NCBI GenBank assembly: GCA_040954595.2
Contig: CM082596.2
Coordinates: forward strand, 10,560,461 to 10,624,460
Reading direction: 5' to 3'
Source of the DNA: Balanoglossus misakiensis
Lineage: Eukaryota; Animalia; Hemichordata
DNA length: 64,000 nt
Within the stretch, counting starts at the first letter, position 1; each line of letters starts with the position of its first letter. Positions 30,745-43,961 of this stretch are shown piece by piece. The notes under the pieces were generated by a model. It did not search any database. It was given only the letters and a program-made list of their open reading frames with translations, and was not told where the DNA came from. Both the position numbers and the translations under genes were made by a program.

Positions 30745-30874
30745 TGCTAGTGTGACAAAGTTTGATTACCGCTCGTCCTGGTCACGTAGGAACTTTCACT
30801 TCGTAGTTCTCTGACAAAAGTCTAATGTTCTACTCTGGAATTCTCTCGTGCTACTCAGCGCACGTAGGAAGCCA

Positions 30875-30889
30875 CCATCCTCGTCGCCA
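30875..30889 (-). other. Primer binding site, probably tRNA-Ser(GCT)
   Basis: Minus strand TGGCGACGAGGATGG begins 3 nt after the 5' LTR and is complementary to the metazoan tRNA-Ser(GCT) 3' end as recalled. Confidence 0.8.
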
Positions 30890-30892
30890 AAA

Positions 30893-31065
30893 TGTAATAT
30901 ATTGATATATTATTGTGGGCTCATTCCTAGAGAGATTAGACAGACGCAGGACATGTTCAACTGAACGACAGCCGTGCTGCTTCTTTATTGCTAACTGCGC
31001 ATGCTCACAAGCACAGCCTCGTACACAGCACTTTTACATAGCAGTTAATATACCAATACATAACA
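30893..31065 (-). repeat. 5' LTR of Gypsy element 1
   Basis: Direct repeat of 26370-26542, next to the PBS. Confidence 0.96.
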
Positions 31066-31244
31066 GTTGTAATACTTTGTCTGGTCACAATATGTCAATA
31101 GACACATCACGTACGTGGACATGAATGTAAGAATGGACACAAATCATTTATGAAGTCAATGTGAACAACTTTACTTCATGTTAGTACATTGTAAACAGAA
31201 TACCAGAGTTGTAATAATTTGTCTGGTCACAATATGTCTATAGA
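31066..31244. repeat. 142-bp satellite, about 1.3 monomers between the two Gypsy elements
   Basis: Resumes in register after the GTTGT TSD and ends at the ATAGA TSD. Confidence 0.97.
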
Positions 31245-31434
31245 TGTAACGTTATGGACAAAAACATGAGCACCCCCCCAAGTAGAGTAGTATGTGCTGT
31301 GCACATGCGTTGTTGTGTTCGTTAGGTGTTCTAGTTACTGATTAAAACCTACATGCGTGGGACAAGTTGTTCGTTACGAAATAGCGTGTTTCAGTCGTTA
31401 TTTGAGAACGTCATTTTCGAGGCATGACGTTACA
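31245..31434 (+). repeat. 5' LTR of Gypsy element 2
   Basis: Matches 35903-36093 except in the poly-C tract and one A/G substitution. Confidence 0.96.
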
Positions 31435-31447
31435 TGGTGTCAGAAGT
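31435..31447 (+). other. Primer binding site, probably tRNA-Leu(CAA)
   Basis: TGGTGTCAGAAGT directly after the 5' LTR; complementary to a tRNA-Leu 3' end (...ACTTCTGACACCA) as recalled. Confidence 0.8.
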
Positions 31448-31606
31448 AAACCGATGCTAAAATAAAAGCATTTTCAGACGTCGGGAGACTGGAAATCGTG
31501 CGTGAAAACCAACTTCCTCCCAGCGACGTGTGAGTACACTGCACTGTACAGAACAGTCCAGAACTTTCTCATTTGCATAATTTCCAGCCACTGTCTATGA
31601 TCGACA

Positions 31607-34600
31607 ATGTCAAACGATCAGGCCGCCGCACCAGCCCAGTCGTCGACGTTCGTGTCAAATGTTCCATTGCCGCCCAGACTAGAGTTGAAGGGTGACCTCT
31701 CCAGAAATTGGAAGAAATGGAAGCAGATTTGGGACGCGTATGAGACTGTGACGAAATTGGATGAGAAAGCTGACAATGACAAAGGCCGTGTCGCCACGTT
31801 CATCACGTGTATTGGGCTAGACGCCCTGGATACACATAACAGCCTGCCTTACCAGAATGAAGGTGAGAAAAAGAGCATGAAGAAAATCATTGAACTCTGG
31901 ACAAATTACTGTGTGGGTGAAACCAACGTCATCTATGAAAGATATGTATTTAACAATCGAGCCCAAGAGCCAGATGAATCCATAGATGCGTATGCTACAG
32001 TCTTGCGTGGTCTGGCTGCTACATGCAACTACGGCGCACTGAAAGACGAACTGATACGTGATAGGATTGTCTGTGGTCTGCGTGAGAATAGTGTTAGAAG
32101 AAAATTGCTGCAGGAAGCAGGACTAACACTGAGCAAATGTATACAGATTTGCCGTGCCTCTGAGAGCACAACAGTACAAGTCAAAGCCATCGCTGGTGAA
32201 GCCACTGAGCAAACCCAGGTCAACGCAGTAAACAGAAAGAAAAGCAGATATAGTCAACCCAGCAATCAGCAGAATATGGTGACTGACTTCAAATTCTGTG
32301 GCCGAGACCATGAGAGGAGAAAAGAGAAGTGCCCAGCTTATGGAAAATCCTGTGCTGTGTGTGGCAAAAAGAATCACTTTGCCAAAAAGTGTGATAAGAA
32401 AGGCAAAGCAGATGAGAAGAAGAAGAAGAAGAAAGTGTATGTCCTGGAACAGGAAGATGACACTGATGGATCATCTTCAGAAGACGGAGTCTTGTCTGTG
32501 TCCTTCGACAGTGAAAACTTTCAGGTGAACAGTATAAACACTTCAGGCTACATAAACAAAATAATGGTAACCATGGAAATTGCAAGAAAACCAGTCAAGA
32601 TGCAGATAGACTGTGGTGCCACTTGCAATGTGCTACCAGTGAGATATGTGCCAATAGGGACAAAGATCAGAGAGTCCAGTGGTAACCTGAAGATGTATAG
32701 CAAGTCGAGTATGCCGATACTTGGAATCAGCAAACTTCCCGTATATAACCCGAAGACCCGCAAGAAATATGTCGTGGACTTTGTTGTGGTAAAAGGCAAC
32801 TACACACCACTATTGGGGTCACTCACAGCCCAAGTGATGAAATTGATAACTGTAGAACGCAACAACATGGAAATAAACAATGTTGGTATTCCCTGTCCTG
32901 TGCCAGATGTAGAGCCAGGTGAGATGTTGACAAAAGAATCGATACTGTCATCATACAGTGATCTGTTCAAGGGATTAGGCCGCATGGAAGGACAGCTACA
33001 CTTGGAAGTAGACAAGTCAGTTGTTCCAGCAATAATGCCGCCCCGCCGAGTACCAGTCGCATTGAAACAGAAACTCAGAGACGAGCTAGATCGTCTGGAG
33101 AAGCGTGGTACCATAAAGAAGTTGACGAGCCAACACAATGGGTGTCCAGCCTTGTGATTGTGAAGAAAGCGAATGGAGCCATTCGTGTATGTATTGATCC
33201 AGAACACTTGAATAAAGCGTTGAAGAGGAGTCACTACCCCCTCCCAGTAATCGAAGATGTATTACCAGAGCTCACCAAAGCGAAAGTCTTCAGCAAAGCA
33301 GACCTGAAGGAAGGTTTTCTGCAGATTGAGCTAGACGAAGAATCGAGTCTACTGACCACATTCCAAACCCCATGGGGCCGATACAGATGGTTGAGGATGC
33401 CGTTTGGTATCTCACCAGCACCTGAGTATTTCCAGCAGAAACTTGACCAGAATCTAGAAGACCTGCCAGGTGTATACAAGATTGCAGATGATATCCTGAT
33501 ACTAGGTCAAGGTGATACCATAGCAGACGCCAACAGGGATCATGACAGGAACATGATAGGCCTATTGAAGCGTTGAAGAGAGAGAAATATCAGATTGAAC
33601 AAAGACAAGCTAGAGTTGAGACTCACAGAGATGCCTTTCTACGGACATCTGTTGACGAATCAAGGATTGAAACCAGATCCGAAGAAAGTAGAAGCAGTAC
33701 AGAAAATGGAGAAGCCAACCGATGCTGCCGGTGTACAGCGAATAGTTGGAGTGGTGAAATATCTGTCAAAATTCTTGCGTGGTTTGTCAGACATGTGCGA
33801 GCCACTGAGGAGACTAACTCACAAGGGAGTTGAGTTTGAATGGTCTCAGGAACAAGACAACGCGTTTGAAGAAATCAAACGAGCAGTGACTGCTGCACCA
33901 GTGTTGAGGTACTTTGATCCGACACTACCCACAGAAGGGCAGGGTGATGCGTCATCCAAAGGACTCGGATTTGTGCTTATGCAACAGGGCCAGCCAGTCA
34001 CATATGCCAGTAGAGCACTCACCGCCGCTGAGCAGAAATACTCTCAGATAGAGAAAGAGCTGCTTGCTCAAGTTTTCGGTATGGAGCGCAACCACCAGTA
34101 CGTTTATGGTCGGCGAGTCACACTATGGACAGACCATAAGCCGTTAGTTTCCATACACAAGAAGCCGTTGGCCGCAGCACCACGTAGGTTACAGCGACTT
34201 CTACTGCGGTTGAACAACTACAATGTGGAGATCCGTTACAAGTGTGGTAAGGAAATGTACCTTGCAGACACCCTATCGAGAGCTTCGCTTGATATCGGTG
34301 ACAGATCGGAAATCGAGAAAGAAGTAGAGAGTATCCATATGGTGGATTACCTACCCATCTCAGAACCACAACTGCGTGAAATCCAGATGGAGACAGCAAA
34401 AGATCCGACACTGCAGTCTCTGAAGCAGATCATACTGAAAGGATGGCCAGATCAGAAGACTGATTTGCCCCCAGATGTACACGTATACTTTGACAGCAGA
34501 GACGAGCTTGCAGTGCAAGATGGAGTGATATTCAAGGGCCTGAGATGTGTTGTACCCTTACAGTTGAGACCGAAGATACGTGACAAACTTCACAGTGCAC

Positions 34601-35772
34601 ACCTAGGTATACAAAGTTGTTTGAGGAGAGCCAGAGAAGTTGTCTACTGGCCAGGGATGAATGCAGATATCACAGATTTCATCTCCAAATGCGATGTATG
34701 CAACACATACCAGAGAAACCAGCAGAAAGAGCCACTGATATGTCACGAGATTCCAGAACGACCATGGGAGAAGATAGGTTCCGACATCTTCACCTTCAGC
34801 GGCAGAGATTACCTCTGCACGGTCGATTATTATTCCAACTACTTCGAAGTGGACCGACTGTATGAGAAAACTGCAGCTGAAATCATCAAGAAGACCAAGA
34901 GACATTTCTCAGTACATGGTATTCCTGATCAGCTACACAGCGACAATAGTCCATACAACTCCAGGGAATTCCAGTCATTTGCCAAAGCCTATGAGTTTGA
35001 ACACATCACGAGCTCACCTGAGTACCCCCAGAGCAATGGAAAGGTGGAAAACGCCGTGAAGACAGCCAAAATGCTGATGAGGAAAGCAAGAGAAGCCGGT
35101 ACAGACTTCTACCTAGCATTATTGGATTGGAGAAATACTCCGAGCGAGGGTATCACAGCATCTCCAGCACAGCGATTGTTCGGCAGAAGAACGAAAACAC
35201 TACTGCCAACAGCTAGGAAGCTACTCAAGCCGAAAGTCGTAGAAGATGTACATAGCAAACTGTACAAGAGAAAACTGGAACAAACCAAGCACTACAACAG
35301 TCAAGGTGTGAAAGAACTGCCAAGTTTGGTGAAAGGAGACATTGTGCGTATCAGGCCACTTACGCATGATAGATCTGGAAAATGGATAAAGGCACAAGTA
35401 CTTCATCAGGATGATGTGAGATCGTACAACGTCAGAACAGAAGATGGACGAGTGTTCAGGAGAAATCGCAAATTCCTGAGGAAGTCATCTGAGTCTTTCA
35501 TACCAGTTTCGCCTCGCTTGCTGCCGCCTCCACAAGTACAGCCATCGAAGACATATACATCAGCGAGTGATATCACAGAGCCAGCACAAGCACCGAAATC
35601 TCCGTTGAAACAGCCAGTTCCAACCCGGATGACAAGTGAAACCAGAGATGTACCTGTGTCCAGTTCGCCACTGAAGCCAGCGCCAGCGCCGAAGCAAGAA
35701 CACTGCACTACGCGAACACGTAGCGGTCGTGTTTTGACACCACCAAAGTATCTCAGAGACTTTGTTTCATAA
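31607..35772 (+). pseudogene. Gypsy gag-pol, disrupted by a 1-nt frameshift near 33120 and an in-frame TGA at 33574-33576
   Basis: Gag (LIRDRIVCG, CAVCGKKNHFAKKC), protease IDCGA, RT (RMPFG, IADD), RNase H (GDAS, EKELL, TDHKPL), integrase (HSAH...CDVC, GSDIF, SDNS, NGKVE). Fragments 31607-33157, 33142-33576 and 33595-35772 join into one polyprotein. Confidence 0.93.
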
Positions 35773-35889
35773 AAGTGAACTGAACAGTTGAACTGATCAC
35801 AGTGACATTTGAGTATTCTGCCATTTTGAGATTTTTGTGATTTCCTTGTTATGTACTTTCATGATACGACATGCGCACACACTTTCTGT

Positions 35890-35902
35890 AAAGAAAGAAA
35901 GG
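35890..35902 (+). other. Polypurine tract of Gypsy element 2
   Basis: AAAGAAAGAAAGG directly before the 3' LTR. Confidence 0.85.
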
Positions 35903-36093
35903 TGTAACGTTATGGACAAAAACATGAGCACCCCCCCCCAGTAGAGTAGTATGTGCTGTGCGCATGCGTTGTTGTGTTCGTTAGGTGTTCTAGTTACTGA
36001 TTAAAACCTACATGCGTGGGACAAGTTGTTCGTTACGAAATAGCGTGTTTCAGTCGTTATTTGAGAACGTCATTTTCGAGGCATGACGTTACA
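35903..36093 (+). repeat. 3' LTR of Gypsy element 2
   Basis: Direct repeat of 31245-31434. Confidence 0.96.
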
Positions 36094-39000
36094 ATAGACA
36101 CATCACGTACATGGACATGAATGCAAGAATGGACACAGATCATTTATGAAGTCAATGTGGACAACAGTTACTTGAAGTCAGTAAATTGTACACAGAATAC
36201 CAGAGTTGTAATAATTTGTCTGGTCACAATATGTCTATAGACACATCACGTACATGGACATGACTGCAAGCATGGACACAGATCATTTATGAAGAAAATG
36301 TGAATAAGTCAGTAAATTGTAAACAGAATACCAGAGTTGTAATAATTTGTCTGGTCACAATATGTCTATAGATACATCACGTACATGGACATGACTGCAA
36401 GCATGGACACAGATCATTTATGAAGAAAATGTGAACAACTTTACTTCATGTCAGTAAATTGTAAACAGAAAACCGGAGTTGTAATAATTTGTCTGGTCAC
36501 AATATGTCTATAGACACATCACGTACATGGACATGAATGCAAGAATGGACACAGAACATTTATGAAGTCAATGTGAACAACTTTACTTGAAGTCAGTAAA
36601 TTGTAAACAGAATACCAGAGTTGTAATAATTTGTCTGGTCACAATATGTCTATAGACACATCACGTACATGGACATGAATGTAAGAATGGACACAGATCA
36701 TTTATGAAGTCAAAGTGAACAACTTTACTTGAAGTCAGTAAATTGTAAACAGAATACCAGAGTTGTAATAATTTGTCTGGTCACAATATGTCTATAGACA
36801 CATCACGTACATGGACATGAATATAAGAATGGACACAAATCATTTATGAAGTCAATGTGAACAACTTTACTTGAAGTCAGTACATTGTAAACAGAAGACC
36901 AGAGTTGTAATAATTTTTTTGGTCACAATATGTCTATAGACACATCACGTACATGGACATAACTGCAAGAATGGACACAGTTCATTTATGAAGTCAATGT
37001 GAACAACTTTACTTGAATTCAGTACATTGTACACAGAATACATGAGTTGAAATAGTTTGTCTGGTCACAATATGTCTATAGACACATCACGTACAGAGAT
37101 ATGAATGCAAGAATGGACACAGATCATTTATGAAGTCAATGTGAACAACTATACTTCATGTCAGTACATTGTAAACAGAATACCACAGTTGTAATAATTT
37201 GTCTGATCACAATATGTCTATAGACACATCACGTACATGGACATTAATGCAAGAATGGACACAGATCATTTATGAAGTCAATGTGAACAACTTTACTTGA
37301 AGTCAGTAAATTGTAAACAGAATACCAGAGTTGTAATAATTTGTCTGGTCACAATATGTCTATAGACACATCACGTACATGGACATGAATGTAAGAATGG
37401 ACACAGATCATTTATGAAGTCAATGTGAACAACTTTACTTGAAGTCAGTACATTGTAAACAGAATACCACAGTTGTAATACTTTGTCTGGTCACAATATG
37501 TCAATAGACACATCACGTACATGGACATGAATGTAAGAATGGACACAAATCATTTATGAAGTCAATGTGAACAACTTTACTTCATGTTAGTACATTGTAA
37601 ACAGAATACCAGAGTTGTAATAATTTGTCTGGTCACAATATGTCTATAGACACATCACGTACATGGACATGAATGCAAGAATGGACACAGATCATTTATG
37701 AAGTCAATGTGGACAACGTTACTTGAAGTCAGTAAATTGTACACAGAATACCACAGTTGTAATAATTTGTCCGGTCACAATATGTCTATAGACACATCAC
37801 GTACATGGACATGACTGCAAGCATGGACAAGATCATTTATGAAGAAAATGTGAACAACTTTACTTGAAGTCAATAAATTGTAAACAGAATACCAGAGTTG
37901 TAATAATTTGTCTGGTCACAATATGTCTATAGACACATCACGTACATGGACATGACTGCAAGCATGGACACAGATCATTTATGAAGAAAATGTGAACAAG
38001 TCAGTAAATTGTAAACAGAATACCAGAGTTGTAATAATTTGTCTGGTCACAATATGTCTATAGATACATCACGTACATGGACATGACTGCAAGCATGGAC
38101 ACAGATCATTTATGAAGAAAATGTGAACAACTTTACTTCATGTCAGTACATTGTAAACAGAATACCGGAGTTGTAATAATTTGTCTGGTCACAATATGTC
38201 TATAGACACATCACGTACATAGACATGAATGCAAGAATGGACACAGAACATTTATGAAGTCAATGTGAACAACTTTACTTGAAGTCAGTAAATTGTAAAC
38301 AGAATACCAGAGTTGTAATAATTTGTCTGGTCACAATATGTCTATAGACACATCACGTACATGGACATGAATGTAAGAATGGACACAGATCATTTATGAA
38401 GTCAAAGTGAACAACTTTACTTGAAGTCAGTAAATTGTAAACAGAATACCAGAGTTGTAATAATTTGTCTGGTCACAATATGTCTATAGACACATCACGT
38501 ACATGGACATGAATGTAAGAATGGACACAAATCATTTATGAAGTCAATGTGAACAACTTTACTTCATGTTAGTACATTGTAAACAGAATACCAGAGTTGT
38601 AATAATTTGTCTGGTCACAATATGTCTATAGACACATCACGTACATGGACATGAAAGCAAGAATGGACACAGATCATTTATGAAGTCAATGTGGACAACT
38701 TTACTTCATGTCAGTACATTGTAAACAGAATACCACAGTTGTAATAATTTGTCTGGTCACAATATGTCTATAGACACATCACGTACATGGACATGAATGC
38801 AAGAATGGACACAGATCATTTATGAAGTCAATGTGAACAACTTTACTTGAAGTCAGTAAATTGTAAACAGAATACCAGAGTTGTAATAATTTGTCTGGTC
38901 ACAATATGTCTATAGACACATCACGAACATGGACATGACTGCAAGAATGGACACAGTTCATTTATGAAGTCAATGTGAACAACTTTACTTGAATTCAGTA

Positions 39001-42000
39001 CATTGTACACAGAATACATGAGTTGAAATAGTTTGTCTGGTCACAATATGTCTATAGACACATCACGTACATAGATATGAATGCAAGAATGGACACAGAT
39101 CATTTATGAAGTCAATGTGAACAACTATACTTCATGTCAGTACATTGTAAACAGAATACCACAGTTGTAATAATTTGTCTGATCACAATATGTCTATAGA
39201 CACATCACGTACATGGACATGAATGCAAGAATGGACACAGATCATTTATGAAGTCAATGTGAACAACTTTACTTGAAGTCAGTAAATTGTAAACAGAATA
39301 CCAGAGTTGTAATAATTTGTCTGGTCACAATATGTCTATAGACACATCACGTACATGGACATGAATGTAAGAATGGACACAGATCATTTATGAAGTCAAT
39401 GTGAACAACTTTACTTGAAGTCAGTACATTGTAAACAGAATACCAAAGTTGAAATAGTTTGTCTGATCACAATATGTCTATAGACGCATCATGTACATGG
39501 ACATGAATGCAAGAATGGACACAGAACATTTATGAAGTCAATGTGAACAACTTTACTTGAAGTCAGTACATTGTAAACAGAATACCACAGTTGTAATACT
39601 TTGTCTGGTCACAATATGTCAATAGACACATCACGTACGTGGACATGAATGTAAGAATGGACACAAATCATTTATGAAGTCAATGTGAACAACTTTACTT
39701 TTAGTCAGTAAATTGTAAACAGAATACCAGAGTTGTAATAATTTGTCTGGTCACAATATGTCTATAGACACATCACGTACATGGACATGAATGTAAGAAT
39801 GGACACAGATCATTTATGAAGTCAATGTGAACAACTTTACTTGAATTCAGTACATTGTACACAGAATACATGAGTTGAAATAGTTTGTCTGGTCACAATA
39901 TGTCTATAGACACATCACGTACATAGATATGAATGCAAGAATGGACACAGATCATTTATGAAGTCAATGTGAACAACTTTACTTGAAGTCAGTAAATTGT
40001 AAACAGAATACCAGAGTTGTAATAATTTGTCTGGTCACAATATGTCTATAGACACATCACGTACATGGACATGAATGTAAGAATGGACACAGATCATTTA
40101 TGAAGTCAATGTGAACAACTTTACTTGAAGTCAGTAAATTGTAAACAGAATACCAGAGTTGTAATAATTTGTCTGGTCACAATATGTCTATAGACACATC
40201 ACGTACATGGACATGAATGCAAGAATGGACACAGATCATTTATGAAGTCAATGTGAACAACTTTACTTGAAGTCATTACATTGTAAACAGAATACCAGAG
40301 TTGTAATAATTTGTCTGGTCACAATATGTCTATAGACACATCACGTACATGGACATGAATGCAAGAATGGACACAGAACATTTATGAAGTCAATGTGAAC
40401 AACTTTACTTGAAGTCAGTAAATTGTAAACAGAATACCAGAGTTGTAATAATTTGTCTGGTCACAATATGTCTATAGACACATCACGTACATGGACATGA
40501 ATGTAAGAATGGACACAGATCATTTATGAAGTCAAAGTGAACAACTTTACTTGAAGTCAGTAAATTGTAAACAGAATACCAGAGTTGTAATAATTTGTCT
40601 GGTCACAATATGTCTATAGACACATCACGTACATGGACATGAATGTAAGAATGGACACAAATCATTTATGAAGTCAATGTGAACAACTTTACTTCATGTT
40701 AGTACATTGTAAACAGAATACCAGAGTTGTAATAATTTGTCTGGTCACAATATGTCTATAGACACATCACGTACATGGACATGAAAGCAAGAATGGACAC
40801 AGATCATTTATGAAGTCAATGTGGACAACTTTACTTCATGTCAGTACATTGTAAACAGAATACCACAGTTGTAATAATTTGTCTGGTCACAATATGTCTA
40901 TAGACACATCACGTACATGGACATGAATGCAAGAAGGGACACAGATCATTTATGAAGTCAATGTGAACAACTTTACTTGAAGTCAGTAAATTGTAAACAG
41001 AATACCAGAGTTGTAATAATTTGTCTGGTCACAATATGTCTATAGACACATCACGTACATGGACATGACTGCAAGAATGGACACAGTTCATTTATGAAGT
41101 CAATGTGAACAACTTTACTTGAATTCAGTACATTGTACACAGAATACATGAGTTGAAATAGTTTGTCTGGTCACAATATGTCTATAGACACATCACGTAC
41201 ATAGATATGAATGCAAGAATGGACACAGATCATTTATGAAGTCAATGTGAACAACTATACTTCATGTCAGTACATTGTAAACAGAATACCACAGTTGTAA
41301 TAATTTGTCTGATCACAATATGTCTATAGACACATCACGTACATGGACGTGAATGCAAGAATGGACACAGATCATTTATGAAGTCAATGTGAACAACTTT
41401 ACTTGAAGTCAGTAAATTGTAAACAGAATACCAGAGTTGTAATAATTTGTCTGGTCACAATATGTCTATAGACACATCACGTACATGGACATGAATGCAA
41501 GAATGGACACAGATCATTTATGAAGTCAATGTGAACAACTTTACTTGAAGTCATTACATTGTAAACAGAATACCATAGTTGTATTAATTTGTCTGGTCAC
41601 AATATGTCTATAGACACATCACGTACATGGACATGAATGCAAGAATGGACACAGATCATTTATGAAGTCAGTGTGAACAACTTTACTTGAAGTCATTACA
41701 TTGTAAACAGAATACCATAGTTGTAATAATTTGTCCGGTCACAATATGTCTATAGACACATCACGTACATGGACATGAATGCAAGAATGGACACAGATCA
41801 TTTATGAAGTCAATGTGAACAACTTTACTTGAAGTCATTACATTGTAAACAGAATACCATAGTTGTATTAATTTGTCTTTTCACAATATTTCTATAGACA
41901 CATCACGTACATGGACATGACTGCAAGAATGGACACAGTTCATTTATGAAGTCAATGTGAACAACTTTACTTGAATTCAGTTCATTGTAAACAGAATACA

Positions 42001-42412
42001 TGAGTTGAAATAGTTTGTCTGGTCACAATATGTCTATAGTCACATCACGTACATGGACATGACTGCAAGAATGGACACAGATCATTAATGAAGTCAATGT
42101 GAACAACTTTACTTCATGTTAGTACATTGTAAACAGAATACCAGAGTTGTAATAATTTGTCTGGTCACAATATGTCTATAGACACATCACGTACATGGAC
42201 ATGAATGCAAGAATGGACACAGATCATTTATGAAGTCAATGTGGACAACTTTACTTGAAGTCAGTAAATTGTACACAGAATACCAGAGTTGTAATAATTT
42301 GTCTGGTCACAATATGTCTATAGACACATCACGTACATGGACATGACTGCAAGCATGGACACAGATCATTTATGAAGTCAATGTGAACAACTTTACTTGA
42401 AGTCAGTAAATT
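36094..42412. repeat. 142-bp satellite array (about 44 monomers)
   Basis: Same monomer and orientation; ends at ...AGTCAGTAAATT at the Ngaro junction. Confidence 0.99.
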
Positions 42413-42550
42413 TAGGCCCAACCCCTTGGGTGTAATTGGGGGCGCCCTCTGTGTAGTGCGTCTTCCCGCCTTCCGGAGAGAATTGCTACTTTTGTAGGGC
42501 TTCCGCCATCTTGTAGAGTCACTTTTTCCGAGCAGTCGCTCGCTTAAAAC
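42409..42550 (+). repeat. Split direct repeat A1
   Basis: Matches 61189-61330 with one substitution. Confidence 0.95.
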
Positions 42551-42593
42551 TTCTCCCAAAAATCCGTCTTTTTCGCCGCTTTGTCGTCACAAT

Positions 42594-43751
42594 ATGTCCG
42601 ACCACTCAGACAGCGAAACTCTCCCACAGTCCGAAAGGCGGACTCCCAACTGCTCTGGCTGCAAACAAGCAGTAAAAGGGCATCGCGCTCTTGGATTACA
42701 GCCAGGCCCAAACTGCACAGGCGTGCCCCAACCGCAAGGCGCAGATGGAAGCTCTGCCATTCCCACCATATCCGTCGTCGTCGAACAGACTGGCTCACTC
42801 CAGCTCGAAGATCTACAAGCCAGACAGGCAGAACTGTTACAGGAAAAGCAACTCCTACTGCAGAAACGAGAGCAGCGTGCATTACAGACCCGCTCCAGCA
42901 TCTCAGAACTAGACCACGAACTTCCCGCCCTCCGAGTGCGGGTTGCCAACACAAGTCCCATGCAACCGCCTCCATCGATCCCTTTATCGTCGGGCAACGG
43001 CTGTCCACCAACACTGGACACCCTTCGTCAAAACCCAGCGGCCAACCAAGCAGTCGACGCACAACTCTCTCACATCGTGAATTCGGCATTTGGCGCCTCC
43101 GCATTGCCAAAGTCCATCGGACAGTCTACTCGTGCTGAATGGCCGATCGGCTACATGTCACAAGGTAAGCCAGGAAAGTCCCCTCGTGACTCTCAAGCCC
43201 CTAGCTTCGCAGACGAATCCAGAGTGAAATGGCCACATTTGCGCCTACCTCGCGAAAAAGGAGGAAAAGTCCCCAAATTCGACAACTTAACCATCGCACA
43301 ACTGGTCAGAGGTGAATTAGAAATACTCAACTCCGTCTACCTGCCCATCTCGTCTGAGGAACGCGCTCCAAGATCACTGCATCTCCAGAACTTAATGAGA
43401 CTCGCTCATAAGCACGATTGGTCAGACGTACTGAATTTCCATGGTACCATCTTAGAAAAGATACAAAGCGCAGAACTACGTTGGCAAGACTGCTTCGACC
43501 GTTATGAAAAAGAACTTCTCTCACCCGACACCCTGAAATCCGTCAAACAAGGCACTGATAGCGGCAAGACACAGGCCGTCAAGAAGAGCGATATTTGTTA
43601 CAAGTACAACCTCCAGACATGCGAATGGGGCGACAAGTGTTTTAGACGCCACATCTGCTATCGCTGTTTCAAAATTAACAACACAGCCACACCTCACAGC
43701 GGCAAAGATTGCCCACTCGCCATCAGCAAGAAGAATGACACTCCCAAATAG
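42594..43751 (+). CDS. Gag-like ORF1 of the Ngaro element (385 aa)
   Basis: Open ORF after A1; Q/L-rich coiled coil; HDWSDVLNFH helical region; C-terminal Cys/His finger CYKYNLQTCEWGDKCFRRHICYRC...H...C. Confidence 0.8.
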   Translation: MSDHSDSETLPQSERRTPNCSGCKQAVKGHRALGLQPGPNCTGVPQPQGADGSSAIPTISVVVEQTGSLQLEDLQARQAELLQEKQLLLQKREQRALQTRSSISELDHELPALRVRVANTSPMQPPPSIPLSSGNGCPPTLDTLRQNPAANQAVDAQLSHIVNSAFGASALPKSIGQSTRAEWPIGYMSQGKPGKSPRDSQAPSFADESRVKWPHLRLPREKGGKVPKFDNLTIAQLVRGELEILNSVYLPISSEERAPRSLHLQNLMRLAHKHDWSDVLNFHGTILEKIQSAELRWQDCFDRYEKELLSPDTLKSVKQGTDSGKTQAVKKSDICYKYNLQTCEWGDKCFRRHICYRCFKINNTATPHSGKDCPLAISKKNDTPK

Positions 43752-43961
43752 TAATTCACCTATTTCGGATTGAACTTCAGACGTTGGGTTGCATCCCACG
43801 TTCACAGACTACATTGTGTTCTCTCTCTTCCTCACAGAACACTTCTGCATCGGAAGAATTTTCTAGCGCTCGGTTACCGTCCAACGCTAACATTCGGGCT
43901 CCCTGGTCCCATACACCACGCCCTTCATGTATCTCAGGCCATACAGCCGCATCATCGACAT

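Larger units (their letters stand above)
26370..31065 (-). mobile_element. Full-length Ty3/Gypsy LTR retrotransposon (Mag-like), element 1
   Basis: Two 173-bp LTRs with TG...CA ends; GTTGT TSD at 26365-26369 and 31066-31070; PBS and PPT present; domain order gag-PR-RT-RNaseH-IN. Confidence 0.97.
31245..36093 (+). mobile_element. Full-length Ty3/Gypsy LTR retrotransposon (Mag-like), element 2, a different family from element 1
   Basis: 190/191-bp LTRs with 8-bp terminal inverted repeats TGTAACGT...ACGTTACA; ATAGA TSD at 31240-31244 and 36094-36098; PBS, PPT and gag-pol. Confidence 0.97.

Noticed and set aside
33110-33145. Programmed gag-pol frameshift in Gypsy 2
   Set aside because: The shift falls after the protease, inside the RT N-terminus, with no clear slippery heptamer; a 1-nt deletion is simpler.
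26749-35708. Short antisense and alternate-frame ORFs overlapping the Gypsy genes
   Set aside because: Shadows of the long coding frames with no recognisable motifs.
42409-42550. Ngaro A repeat is 142 bp, equal to the satellite period
   Set aside because: No sequence similarity, and the length depends on counting the AATT overlap; treated as coincidence.
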